This document shows positions 38,382 through 49,169 of a stretch of DNA of 64,000 nucleotides, piece after piece. The notes below the pieces were generated by a model that worked only from the letters and a program-made list of their open reading frames with translations, was not told where the DNA came from and did no database searches. The stretch comes from Eledone cirrhosa (lineage: Eukaryota), in the NCBI GenBank assembly GCA_964016885.1, contig OZ024741.1, positions 105,400,001-105,464,000 of the forward strand. Reading direction: 5' to 3'. The position numbers and the translations under genes were made by a program. Positions within the stretch are counted from its first letter, which is position 1. Each line of letters starts with the position of its first letter.

Positions 38382-41300
38382 CATCATCATCATCATCATC
38401 ACCGTTTTACGTCCGTTCTTCCACGCTAGCATGGGTTAGACGGGTTGTCCTGTTGTGGGCAGTGTCTGGTCGGCTGACCATGCCTTGCTCATACAGGAAC
38501 TGATCTGGCTTGATTTCTACAGCTGGATGCCCTTCCTAACACCAACCTCATTTACAGTGAGTGCTGGGTGCTTTTTCGTGGCGCCTACACGTCCACTTTA
38601 CAGTGTGGGCTGGGTGCTTTTTTGCCGTGGCACCTCCACGGCCACCTTGCGGTGGGGGTGGGGTGGGGGGTGGGGGGGGGGGGGGGGGGGGGCATATTGT
38701 TTATATGCTTCAGCATGTACCCATGGGAGGTCGGGTACCCTGTATTACTGCGTGACGCCAGAAGTCACGGTCGTGTGTCATTGACTTTGAGAGGTGTAGT
38801 TGGGTAAGGTCGGCTTTTATCACCTCATCCCAAGTCATCTTGGGTTTCCCCACTCCGCGGTTTCCATCAACTTCTAGTGCTCTGCACCTTTTTATGCAGC
38901 TGTCATCCTTCATACGCATCACATGTCCATACCAGCGTAACCGCCTCTCCTGCACGCAGCATTTGATTCCTCTTATGCTCAGTCTCTCTCTCAATTCCTT
39001 TATGCTTTGTCGTTCACGTATATTACTGTTACACATCCATCGGAGCATGCAGGCTTCGTTTCTCTCTAATCTACGTAAGTCTTCCACCTTCAGCGCCCAG
39101 GTCTCACTACCATGCAACATCGCTGTTCGGATACACGCATCATACAGTCTGCCTTTCATTCTGAGGGAGAAGCCTTTTGCAGCTAGCAGTGGTAGTAGTT
39201 CCCTAAACTTCTTCCATCCCGTTCTTACCCTAGTTATTGTACTTTCTGAGCACCCACCTCCGTTGCTAATTCGGTCACCTAGGTAGCAGAAGCTGTCTAC
39301 TGTTTCTACAGGGCCCTCCCAGAGATTGGTGGTACTTGTTTCCTGTGGCTGTTTGCTTGCTGTTTCAGCACAGCTGCTGCATGTGAATCCTACATTCTTA
39401 ATTAAGCTTCCTGAGATCCCGCTACATCTCTTGTGTACCCATTGTTTGCATTTGGGGCAGAGAATGGAGTTCCTACCTACACCTTTCCTACATACTGAGC
39501 AAGGCCATTTCCCTGAGGGGATCTGGGTTCTGTTTTCTCGTCTACTTACAAGGACCTTAGTCTTTGTCATGTTGACCTTGAGGCCCTTTCTCTCTAGTCC
39601 CTGCTTCCAGGTTTGGAATTTATTCTCTAGTTCTACCATAGATTCAGCTATGAGTGCGAGGTCATCAGCATACAGGAGTTCCCATGGGCATCCGGTCTTA
39701 AACTCCTCCGTTATTGCCTGCAGGACTATGATGAACAGGAGAGGGCTAAGAACAGAGCCCTGGTGGACCCCAACCTGTACGCTAAATTCCTCGCTATACT
39801 CATTGCCAATCCTAACTTTGCTGACTGCTCCCCTATACATGGCTTGTACCGCTTTCACAAGCCATTCATCTACTCCTAGTTTTCTAAGAGCCCACCAGAT
39901 TACTGCACGTGGAACTCTGTCAAAGGCTTTCTCAAGGTCGACAAATGCCAAGTAGAGTGGCTTACTTTTAGCTAGGTACTTTTCCTGTAATTGCCTCACA
40001 AGGAAGAGGGCATCAGTGGTGCCTTTCCCTGGTACAAACCCAAATTGCATCTCGTCTATATTCACCCGGTCCCTAATCAGCTGTGCTATAACTCTTTCTG
40101 TTACTTTCATGACCTGGTCCATCAACTTTATACCTCTATAGTTTCCTCTATCTAGTGCATCGCCTTTACCTTTGTAGCAGTTGACAATGATGCTACTGCA
40201 CCAATCTTTTGGTATGGCCCCCTCTAGTATTACCTGGTTAACGATACGTGTGGTTATAGTGTGACCTACAGACCCAGATGCCTTCAGCATCTCGGCAGCT
40301 ATACCCGATGGACCGGTTGCCTTCCCTATCTTCATATCTCTGATTGCCTTACTTACTACGCTGCCGCTGACTTGTACTGCTGGTCCCTCTATAGGGTCTA
40401 CGTGGGGTAGGGTCTCTTCTTCCCATGCATTCTCCTCATTTAGTAATCTATCATAATGACTCTTCCATGCATCTTTCTTCTCAGCACTTGTGAGGGCAAG
40501 CTCACCTTTATCATTCCGGATACACTTCTCTCCAATGACATCACAACTATCTCTGACACACTGCCTCGCAATCTTGAATACCTCCTGTTTCTGGTCCTCA
40601 CGTTGTAAAACATGCTTGAATTTTCTATCCTCTGCTTCCCTCCTAGCTAAGTATACTTGTCGCCTAGCTTCCCTCTTGGTCTCTATGTAATGTACCCTGC
40701 TCCCCCCGTTCTTCCATTCTTTCCATGCCTGTCTCTTGGCCTTGACTGCTTCATCTACCTTATTGTTCCACCACCAAGTCACTCTCCTCCTGCTTGAGGT
40801 CTTACTCCAGCCACAAACCTCATCCGTCGCCTCTAGTAAGTTATTTTTTAGGAACTCCCAGTTCTCTTCTACGTTAAATGTCTCTATCTGTTCTTCTTTA
40901 CTGTCGTAGGCGTTGAGTAAAATATCTTTAAATCTGTTACTGGTTGAGGGGACTTTCAGCTTCCAGATCTTTCTTCTCCAGGTTGGCCTCTGTTTCAGGG
41001 CTCGTCTAGTTCTGACCGTGAGGTCGCTGACAACTAAGCTATGTTGGGATGTACATTCCTCACTAGGGAAGGCTTTTGTGTTTACGACCGTCCATCTGTC
41101 ACGTCCTCTGATGAGGATAAAATCTAACTGACTAGAGTGCTCCCCTGATCTATAGGTGATCAGGTGGTTGTCGGGTTTTTTAAAGTTTGTGTTACATATC
41201 GACATGTCATTGGCGTCGCAGAATTCTAGAAGTCTGAATCCTTCCTCATTCCTTGTGCCAACTCCATGGCCTCTATGTACTCTATTGAAGCCGTCGCAGT

Positions 41301-42104
41301 GTTTACCTACGTGTCCGTTAAAATCTCCTGCAATGATTAGGAAGTCCTTGTCGTCTGTTAGAGCAGTAGTGTGTATTAGGGACTCGTAAAACCTATCCTT
41401 AAGTTCGTCTGGCAGCCCCGATTGGGGTGCGTAAGCTGATATTATTGTGGTAATTGTCTTATTCAGGACTAGTCTAAGTTTAATGATTCTTGCATTTACC
41501 CTGTACACTGAGATTACTTTATCTACCCACTTGTCAGCTAATAGTATACCTACACCACCCATCCCATCGTCATTTCCCACCCAGAAAAATTTGTAGCACT
41601 GGCTTTTTCCTACAAGGACTCTAGCAGACCCTCCTCTCCATCTAGTCTCTTGCACACAGCATACATCAACTTCCTTTCGCTCTAGCATTTCTACGATTTC
41701 TCCTGCTCTTCCTTTCATTGAGCCTACATTGATGGTACCAACTCGGAGTTTTGGGCATTTGTCGACACTCGTAGGGGAGGGTCTCTGGGTTGGCGCTTCA
41801 CGTGGGTGCTTGGTAGCTCGCAGATTCATATTTCATCTATTGATTCAGAGTTGCTCGTGTATTCCCAGCTCATCCATCCATAACGGTGGGAAAATTGAGG
41901 GCTAGAAGAACAGTGGTGGTGGGGTAATGGCAGGGTGTGTTGGGATGCGCCAGAGGAGGAGAGAGTTAGTTAGGCAGGTAGTAGCAGCAGCAGTGGAAAT
42001 GGCATACTAGGTTTGATTGGTCGAATAGACTATGGTGGTGTGTTGGGGGGGGGGGGGGGGGGGAATTGTAAGGTAGGAACTGAGGGTCGCATGGTAAATA
42101 TCCA
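38382..42104 (-). mobile_element. Near-full-length, apparently intact RTE-clade LINE in PARL intron 2 (sense to PARL)
   Basis: Single uninterrupted ORF, about 275 nt of 5' sequence, 3'UTR and (GAT)n tail. Inserted in the (ATT)n tail of the CR1. Confidence 0.92.
38710..41829 (-). CDS. RTE ORF, 1039 aa: APE endonuclease plus reverse transcriptase with embedded PHD-type finger
   Basis: GTINV, CVQETRW, SAYAPQ, GDFNGHVG, LDFIL and SQH (endonuclease). FVDLEKAFDRV, GVHQGSVLSP, YADD and FCYLG (RT). C4HC3 at 39370-39501. Confidence 0.95.
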   Translation of the reverse strand: MNLRATKHPREAPTQRPSPTSVDKCPKLRVGTINVGSMKGRAGEIVEMLERKEVDVCCVQETRWRGGSARVLVGKSQCYKFFWVGNDDGMGGVGILLADKWVDKVISVYRVNARIIKLRLVLNKTITTIISAYAPQSGLPDELKDRFYESLIHTTALTDDKDFLIIAGDFNGHVGKHCDGFNRVHRGHGVGTRNEEGFRLLEFCDANDMSICNTNFKKPDNHLITYRSGEHSSQLDFILIRGRDRWTVVNTKAFPSEECTSQHSLVVSDLTVRTRRALKQRPTWRRKIWKLKVPSTSNRFKDILLNAYDSKEEQIETFNVEENWEFLKNNLLEATDEVCGWSKTSSRRRVTWWWNNKVDEAVKAKRQAWKEWKNGGSRVHYIETKREARRQVYLARREAEDRKFKHVLQREDQKQEVFKIARQCVRDSCDVIGEKCIRNDKGELALTSAEKKDAWKSHYDRLLNEENAWEEETLPHVDPIEGPAVQVSGSVVSKAIRDMKIGKATGPSGIAAEMLKASGSVGHTITTRIVNQVILEGAIPKDWCSSIIVNCYKGKGDALDRGNYRGIKLMDQVMKVTERVIAQLIRDRVNIDEMQFGFVPGKGTTDALFLVRQLQEKYLAKSKPLYLAFVDLEKAFDRVPRAVIWWALRKLGVDEWLVKAVQAMYRGAVSKVRIGNEYSEEFSVQVGVHQGSVLSPLLFIIVLQAITEEFKTGCPWELLYADDLALIAESMVELENKFQTWKQGLERKGLKVNMTKTKVLVSRRENRTQIPSGKWPCSVCRKGVGRNSILCPKCKQWVHKRCSGISGSLIKNVGFTCSSCAETASKQPQETSTTNLWEGPVETVDSFCYLGDRISNGGGCSESTITRVRTGWKKFRELLPLLAAKGFSLRMKGRLYDACIRTAMLHGSETWALKVEDLRRLERNEACMLRWMCNSNIRERQSIKELRERLSIRGIKCCVQERRLRWYGHVMRMKDDSCIKRCRALEVDGNRGVGKPKMTWDEVIKADLTQLHLSKSMTHDRDFWRHAVIQGTRPPMGTC

Positions 42105-42359
42105 ATTATTATTATATATAAAGTGGTCATGTAGGAGACATGGCAAAAAGCACCCAGCACACACTGTAAATATTGTTGGCGTTAGGAAGAGCATCCAGCT
42201 GTAGAAAACCAGTCAGAAACAGGCCTATATAAGTGAGACATGGTCACCTGACCCAACTTGCCTCTAAATGGGACAAACCTGTCTAACTCATGCTAGCGTG
42301 GATGGAAGATAGACGTTAAACGATGATGATGATGATGTATATATATATATATATATATA

Positions 42360-42975
42360 TCATTATCATCATTTTACGTCTGTTTTTCCCTGCTTGCAAG
42401 GGTGGGACGGGTCTTCTTCAGCACAGCATCTCTCCATTTGTCACGGTCCCTTGTCATCTCCTCTGTGAGCTTCAGTGATCTGAGGTCAGCTCTCACCACC
42501 TAAGCCCATGTTTTTCATGGTCTTCCTTCCACCGAGATTTATTGGCACTTCTTCACTCAGCTGTCATCTTCCATGCGTATCACATGGCCATACCAACACA
42601 GTTTTCTCTCCCACACACTGCAGTTTGTCCCTCATATACACAGTTTCACTCTCAACTCGTCTATGCTTGGTCATTCCACGCATATCTATCGGAGCATGCT
42701 TGCTTCATTTCTCTCCAGCTGTTGCATATCCTCCGCAGTTGCTGCCCATGTCTCACTACCATGCAGTATTGTGCAGCTCACACAGGCATCATATAACCGA
42801 CCTTTCATTCGTAGGAAGAAACCCTTCTTTGTCAACAGAGGAAGCCACTCCCTAAACTTCTTCCATCCTGTCCTTATTCTAGATACTATGGCTTCGGAGC
42901 ATCCTCCTCCCTTGCTAATCTGATCACCTCGGTATTGGAAGCTATCAACCACCTCTATAGATCCTACCTGCATTA
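42360..42975 (-). mobile_element. RTE 3' fragment
   Basis: ORF 42686-43006: SIEVVDSF...GWKKFRE...LERNEASMLR, with a (CAT)n tail at the left. Confidence 0.8.
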
Positions 42976-43284
42976 TATATATATATATATACACACACAC
43001 ACTCACAGATGTCTGAACTTTGTAGATAACTGGAAGACGAAAAAAGTATTACAACTATCTATATCCTCTCCTTGTAGGAAGGTGGTTAAATAAATAGCTA
43101 TGTGGTACAAATTCATAGATGTAAGTATGGCAGAAATAGGGGACATGTAATACTAATCAATAAATTGAACAGTAATGTAGACAATTAATTTAATGAAGTT
43201 ATAAAGGAGGAAAAACTACCCAAAACATTTAGACATATTGATGCAAAGATTCAAAATAGATCATATTTTATCATTGCTCTTCAG

Positions 43285-43440
43285 AGGAAGGAAGGAACTA
43301 GAGAGGTGTTAGTGTAATGGGGAGGTACAGAAATAACTTTATATGAAAGAAGGAAGTGGCTAGAGAGGTATTAGTGTAGTGGAGGGGTACAGAAATATCT
43401 TCAAAGGAAAGAAGTGACTAGAGAGGTGTTAGTGTAATCT
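43285..43440. repeat. Minisatellite, about 60-65 bp x 2.5
   Basis: ctagagaggt.ttagtgta recurs three times. Confidence 0.8.
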
Positions 43441-43599
43441 TCATTTACAAAACAACAACACAGTAAAGATGTGAGCCCAACTAGTGTTTATGTCAAATAA
43501 CTATCTATTAATCAATATGCTTGTATATCAATAAATATTCATTGAGCTTCTGTACATTATTAACTTTCAGTCCAACCTCTAAAAAAATGTCAAGAGGTA

Positions 43600-44420
43600 A
43601 CCAGTTCTCTACTTTTAGACAGAGAAGTTTGAGAACTTTCTTTCAACTGACATAGAAATCTTCCCTTTCTGAACACCTTCCTTTTGGCTCAGAAGTAATT
43701 GTGATATCAGTGGAGGGTGCTCAGTCACTTGAGAATAGTGTAATAAGGGAGAGGTTTCAGAACAACCCTCCCCCAACAGGCATGGAAATCCTTCCTTCTC
43801 AACACCTGGCTTAAAAGTAACTGTGGGATCAGTGGAGGGTGCTTGGCCACCTGTGAACAATAACAGGGAGATCAAAAACTGCCTTCGTAAGATGAAATTT
43901 TATAATTAGCTGAGCCACCAATGTGGAGAAACAATCCAGACTACAGGTCACAACCTTATATGATCTCTGTTGCTCAAAAGACCTTGCAGCAGACTTCAAT
44001 GAGAATTCAAAGAGCTGTGTGGAGAGGTGGAAAGCTGCTATATGGCTATCATACTTGCTCCAAAGAAATGACAAGAATAAACACTGAAAGTAAAAGAGCT
44101 AAAGCTGGGATGAGAAAGTAAAATACCAAGTGAAAGAGTTGAGGGGCATTTCATGGCTTCTTGGTAAAAATTTACTTCAGAGGTTTTGGTGAAGAAGCAG
44201 TGAAGAGAAAATAAATATATCAACTTCTGAAGACAAAGAGGGTTGTGAATATTTGCTAGAGAAAGAAAAAAACAAACACTAATCTGACCTGATTTGTTCA
44301 CTAAGGGGTGTCAACCTGGACTATGTGGCAAGATGTTGGATGTCAAAGCAGGCGAAGTAGGCTCAATCCCAGTTATCAGCTGAGTTTTCACTTCACTCAT
44401 CAGTCCGATTTCTGCCAGAA
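43600..44420 (+). mobile_element. Heavily decayed LTR-retrotransposon pol remnant, possibly Bel/Pao
   Basis: Weak remnants resembling IILxxK...KLGW and DLFTKG...W. No intact ORF. Confidence 0.3.
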
Positions 44421-44678
44421 AAAGAGAAAGTTAATCTGACCTACATATTTCATTTCCATGCTGTCAGTTTAACAAAAAGTATAGATACAATATTTATTAT
44501 ATAATACTGCATAACTATACTATCTCACTTTTCTTAGATTAAAAAAAAAAACAATTTAGAAGCTAATTAAACTTTTAGTCTCTATATACGTAAATGTAAG
44601 ATTTAGTAGTGTTAATGTATTGCTTTACAAAATCCCTACAGTAATTACAAATCAATATAAATAAAGACGACAACCCAC

Positions 44679-44883
44679 CATCACAGTAAAACCTAATGGT
44701 TTTAGAAGATCTCTAAAGGAAGGTCGTCCATTTTCAATTAAATCATTTTGGTGCTTGCTTTTTTGATGAAATCTTCGCAAAGGAGTTCTTCCTTGAGAGT
44801 TCCTCAGTAACTGTGAAAGACTACTTTTGTAAACGGGAGCGTTGTTCCAATTTTGTTGAAAGCAGGATACTTTCAACAGGTTG
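44679..44883 (-). CDS. PARL: PARL exon 2: NLLKVSCFQQNW...RPSFRDLLKPLGFTVM
   Basis: LLKPLGFTV matches PARL LIKPLFFTV (recalled). Flanked by tttag and gtgggt, 205 nt, phase 2/0. Arg-rich, presequence-like. Confidence 0.88.
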
Positions 44884-45499
44884 CTAAAAATAAAAAAGTT
44901 ATAAATTTTAAAATAAAGGTAAATTCAGAATAATTCCATATTCTTAGCTTATTTCAAACTTTTGTTAAGGTTTTGTGGTGTTTATGTTGATTTTCTACTC
45001 AATCTCCTTCCCACTACCAACAACCAGCATGTAGCTGCACATAGGCCAAACGTCTTCTATCATAGATTCGGGTACTAAGCCGTATGAGTAAAATTTAGTA
45101 GATAGAAATTGTGTGGTAGTCTGTTGAAAGGAACTTTTCTATTCTTGAGTGATATATTTAAACACCACCACCTGACACTTGGGTGCCAATCTTGGGGTGG
45201 TAGACTTGGTCCGTATCATTGGGGCAGCGATGTTTGAACACACTTTATACAAACATTAACAGGCCTTGTTTACAACCAGTGTGTCATTTGAAAGTGTTTC
45301 TACAGTAAAAAGGGAAATAAATGTGGGTGGTGATGTAGTGGTGAAATAGTACCACAAAAGACAAACAAACAACTCTAATTAGGGTAAATTTATAGATCTA
45401 TACCTGTCTCGCATTCAAAGGGAAAGTTTTCTTTCCTTTTTTTTTCATATTTTCAACGACGGGTTTGGATTCGTTAAAAACATGAAAAAAGGTAATGTT

Positions 45500-46085
45500 A
45501 TAGACACCCCCCTCCCCACCTCGATTTCGGTGGGAAAATATATATTTTTTTCATGTGTGCTATCAACTAATCTAATCTGCAAGATGCTCGCAATCGACCC
45601 CCCCCCCCCCCGAAATGGAGGGGGTGCTCCCCCTTCTCGAAGTGTTCTCCACGATTTCCTTTTCTCGTGTTATCAACAAATATGAGCTCCGAACCAGTCG
45701 GAAATGACTGGGAAATAATTCTTTTTCTCGATTTTTTTCTGGACTTCTTAGATGATCGCAATCAACTTTTTTCCCGGGTTAGGGTTAGGATTAGGGTTTC
45801 CGTTTTCCAGGTAAAGAGTCGATTGTGAGCATCTAAGTCAGATTAGTAGATAGTACAGGAAAATACGAGGAAAAACAATTATTTCCCACCAAACGCGAGA
45901 GGTGTGTAAATCTACGAAACCCCGATGGTCTTTTCGTCCCCCTTCACTTTCCTTTTTCTACAAATCTAGTCGTTTCAAATTGGTTCGCAGCTCATATTCG
46001 TTGATAACACGTGAAAAAAAAATCTTATAGAAAACTCCGAGAAAGGGAGAAAAAACGATTGCGAACATCTAGTAGTTAGTATCAC
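45500..46085. mobile_element. Fold-back element with nested inverted repeats and degenerate TTAGGG core (related piece at 48170-48430)
   Basis: gtgttatcaacaaatatgagct / agctcatattcgttgataacac, agatgctcgcaatcgac / gtcgattgtgagcatct, and gggttagggttaggattaggg. Confidence 0.6.
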
Positions 46086-46627
46086 GTGTAAATGTCATTG
46101 GGTATTGTTATTATATAAACAAAACCAATTGCAGAGATTGTAGTCGATATTGAGTGCATATTATTTTAACACATCCATCACAAAATGATAATTGCTTGTT
46201 ATATAAAAGTGTAAAACGAGGGGTTATAAGAAGAATATCGGAAGTTGTGACATTCATACATTTGCAAGGGCACCTAAATTACATAAAATAGTTGAAGGAA
46301 ACTAACATGGGATTGTAGAGTTTTTGAACGCCTACGTCTTTTTAAGAGACTTAGCCAGTGTGAGTAAACATAATTAACTTCATACACACAGATTAAAACA
46401 AAATTTTAGCAAATATAACTAAATATACCAGTCAGGAAAAATTACTTGTGTTTAAAATGTTTAGAGTCAAGACAGGTTTATACATGTCTAGATTTCGGTC
46501 TGGTGATAGTTTAACTGATTTAAATTGGATGGTTGTTATAATAAATAATCAACAACAGTTTTGATTTAAAGATGAGAATAAATCAATCTAAAACTTAAAA
46601 ATAAAGAAATTGGCAGAAAATACATAC

Positions 46628-46662
46628 ACAGAACTCAATCTCCCTAACCTGGAAGCTGCCAT
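46628..46662 (-). CDS. PARL: PARL exon 1: MAASRLGRLSS(V), start of the mitochondrial presequence
   Basis: gcaATGG context and gtatgt donor. Phase 2 matches exon 2. Total CDS 1044 nt. Confidence 0.75.
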
Positions 46663-46998
46663 TGCTAAATAGTCAGTATAATTAAAGTAAATATTGGATT
46701 AACAAAAGTGAAAAGAATGAATGCCTATTTATATAATAATTTTAATTTAGGTAACAGTTTTTCTTGATTTACAAAAATACATTTTAAAGATAAATAGTTG
46801 ATACATTTTTATACTATTCACAATAATATCAACGTTTCGTGTCGTTTTAACAACTTAATGCTCCCCCTTTTTCTTAACCGAAACGATAAATTTCAGAATT
46901 TTTTGTTTTTATATAAACTCCTAACGTTTTACTTAAATTACAGAACATGTGTGTATGTATATATTATTCCTGTGATCTGTGAACATAGAACTTGAAAC
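46663..46998. promoter_or_regulatory. Putative bidirectional promoter and 5'UTRs of PARL and AUH
   Basis: 336 bp between divergent ATGs, free of recognisable TEs. Confidence 0.6.
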
Positions 46999-47155
46999 AT
47001 GTATAGCAGTCGTCTCTTGAGTTCGATATTATATCGAAATAGCCAATTTCGACTCCCAAGATGTTTTGATGGACGTTTATCAGTAAAATGTTTGAGTACT
47101 GCCGTGGAATCTGGTAAAGAACTGGATCTACAATATTTGACTGGCGATAGCGAAG
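46999..47155 (+). CDS. AUH: AUH exon 1: MYSSRLLSSILYRNSQFRLPRCFDGRLSVKCLSTAVESGKELDLQYLTGDSE
   Basis: Arg/Ser/Leu-rich presequence and G|gtttgt donor. Phase 1 fits exon 2. Confidence 0.82.
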
Positions 47156-47243
47156 GTTTGTAGACACAAATGGATACGATTCTTCACCATTGTTTAATTA
47201 TTTACTCCGGGGGTGTGTGTGTATGTATGCGCGCGCGCGCACG

Positions 47244-47294
<51 letters not shown>

Positions 47295-47310
47295 AAGTAA
47301 TATATATATA

Positions 47311-47597
47311 TATTACTTCAAAATATTAATAAATATAGACATTCATGTGATCAAATATATTTTATATATATTTCAGAGGTACTGACCTGTTTCATCAGTA
47401 CGTCCTCATCAGATAAAATAAATTGGTGTCTGACAAAACTGGAATTGAACCATCAGCACAGTTGAGGTATGTCAGACATCAATTTATTTTATCTGATGAG
47501 AACGTACTGATGAAACAGCTCAGTACCTCTGAAATATATATAATAAAATATATTTGATCACATGAATGTCTATATTTATTAATATTTTGAAGTAATA
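47311..47597. repeat. Near-perfect inverted repeat (arms 47311-47435 and 47470-47597) between (TA)n hairpins
   Basis: Arms match apart from a few substitutions and a small indel, with a 34-nt spacer. Confidence 0.92.
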
Positions 47598-47683
47598 TTA
47601 ATAACTCCAGAAAACCTCTTTGTTGAGTGCTTCTAATCTATTGTAAAACTATATTAATCAATGAACCTTGTTAAACTTTTGGT

Positions 47684-47714
<31 letters not shown>

Positions 47715-49169
47715 ATAACCAAAAGTTATATATTCAATATGACAAAAGACCTAGGTTAACAAGTTCATTCTTTAATTCTTAATTGTTTGCATATGCATTT
47801 ACTATTGTAACCGTATTGAAACGGATATATATATATATATACACACACACACATATACTCGTACATGTGTGTGTGTGTGTGTGTGGTTTCTTGGCAAAAT
47901 ATTTGTGTTCTGTACGTTCTCAGTTCAAATGCCACAGAGGTCATCTTTACCTTTCATTCTTTCGGGGTCGATTTCGCCTTTCATCCTTCCGAGGTCAATA
48001 AAACAAAATACTAGTTACGTACTAGGGATTGATGTAACCGACTCTCTTGCCACAAACTATTGACTTTGTGACTAAATTAGAAATCCTTAATAACATCAAT
48101 TTTTTTCGCTGACCTTTCGACTTTAGTAATTTGGTAAATTTATTGTAAGACACTCCCACCGATTTCAGTGTGAGATAATTTTTTTCCGTGTGCTGTCAAA
48201 CTTACCAAAGGACTTTTCCGTTGGAAAACGAAGGGGGTATTGGGAGAAGGGACCTCGGACATGATCCTCCTCTCGGAGTTTTCTATACCCCCTAACCTAA
48301 TCTTAATCCTAACCCTGAGTTAGTTGGTTGCACACGAAAAAAAAGGGGTGGGGGCGGGGGCAGTATAAAGAAAATTCGAGGGAGTTTGAGGGTCCCTCTT
48401 CTTTCCCCTGAAATCGGCGGGGTAGTTTTCTATAATAATACCAGTGATTTAAGTGATTTTGTCTTAATGTACGTCTTTATAACATCGGTTTCCACAAGGG
48501 AACCACTACACAGTTGCTTGAGACCCCTCCCCTTCACACGCCGTCTCGGCATATTGGATAATGTAATCCCGAATTTACAATAAAGCAACTTGTTCACGAC
48601 TGGAACGTCTTTGATCATAGGTTTGCTCCATAAAGACTAACTTGTGGTTAAACAATATCGGGAGATTCTCCCCCCATCGTAATCTTTCACTCCTGTCTGT
48701 GATTATCTGTGTTGTTGTTTAGCTCCAGATCAACATTTACTGAGAAGACCTATCTTCAAAGGTGTTATAATCATGACAACCCAGTTCTCCCGAATGGACC
48801 TTATCTAGGACTACATTATTCAACGTACTCTTTCCCTTTTCAAGATGATAATATGGTTTGAAAAAGTAGTGGCTGCTATTTATAGCAGGATGAATGACCA
48901 CATAAAGGCTACAGTGACTCAACTTTTTCACTACCGAAGATAGGATCCCTTTTATTTAAATTAATTTTCCCACAGACCCCATCCCCATACTTAAAGAAGA
49001 ATAGATATCCAATAGTGTGTGTATAATATGTTTATAACAACGTATTTGAAATCCCTCAGTGCTACCTTTACAGACCATGGAAATTTGTTAATTCCAGGGT
49101 GGGAACCACTGCTCCAGCTGATAGCTGTATACAGAGTCATGCTCTGCTTTTGAGTAAGATTCACATTTA

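Noticed and set aside
38840-41389. Plus-strand ORFs antisense to the RTE (also 11145-12293 and 26160-26648)
   Set aside because: Shadow ORFs of the RT frame with no independent motifs
44288-44413. Possible extra PARL exon, and CTGATGA..GAAA on the minus strand
   Set aside because: All frames hit stops, and exon 2 joins exon 3 cleanly. No hammerhead stems form around the core words.
45776-45800. Interstitial telomere or fusion site
   Set aside because: Only about 4 degenerate units, embedded in a fold-back repeat
46964-47167. Minus-strand 67-aa ORF as PARL exon 1
   Set aside because: It is antisense to AUH exon 1, and a phase-compatible PARL exon 1 exists at 46628-46662
48430-48700. CpG-rich short ORF in AUH intron 1
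   Set aside because: No recognisable motif or splice context
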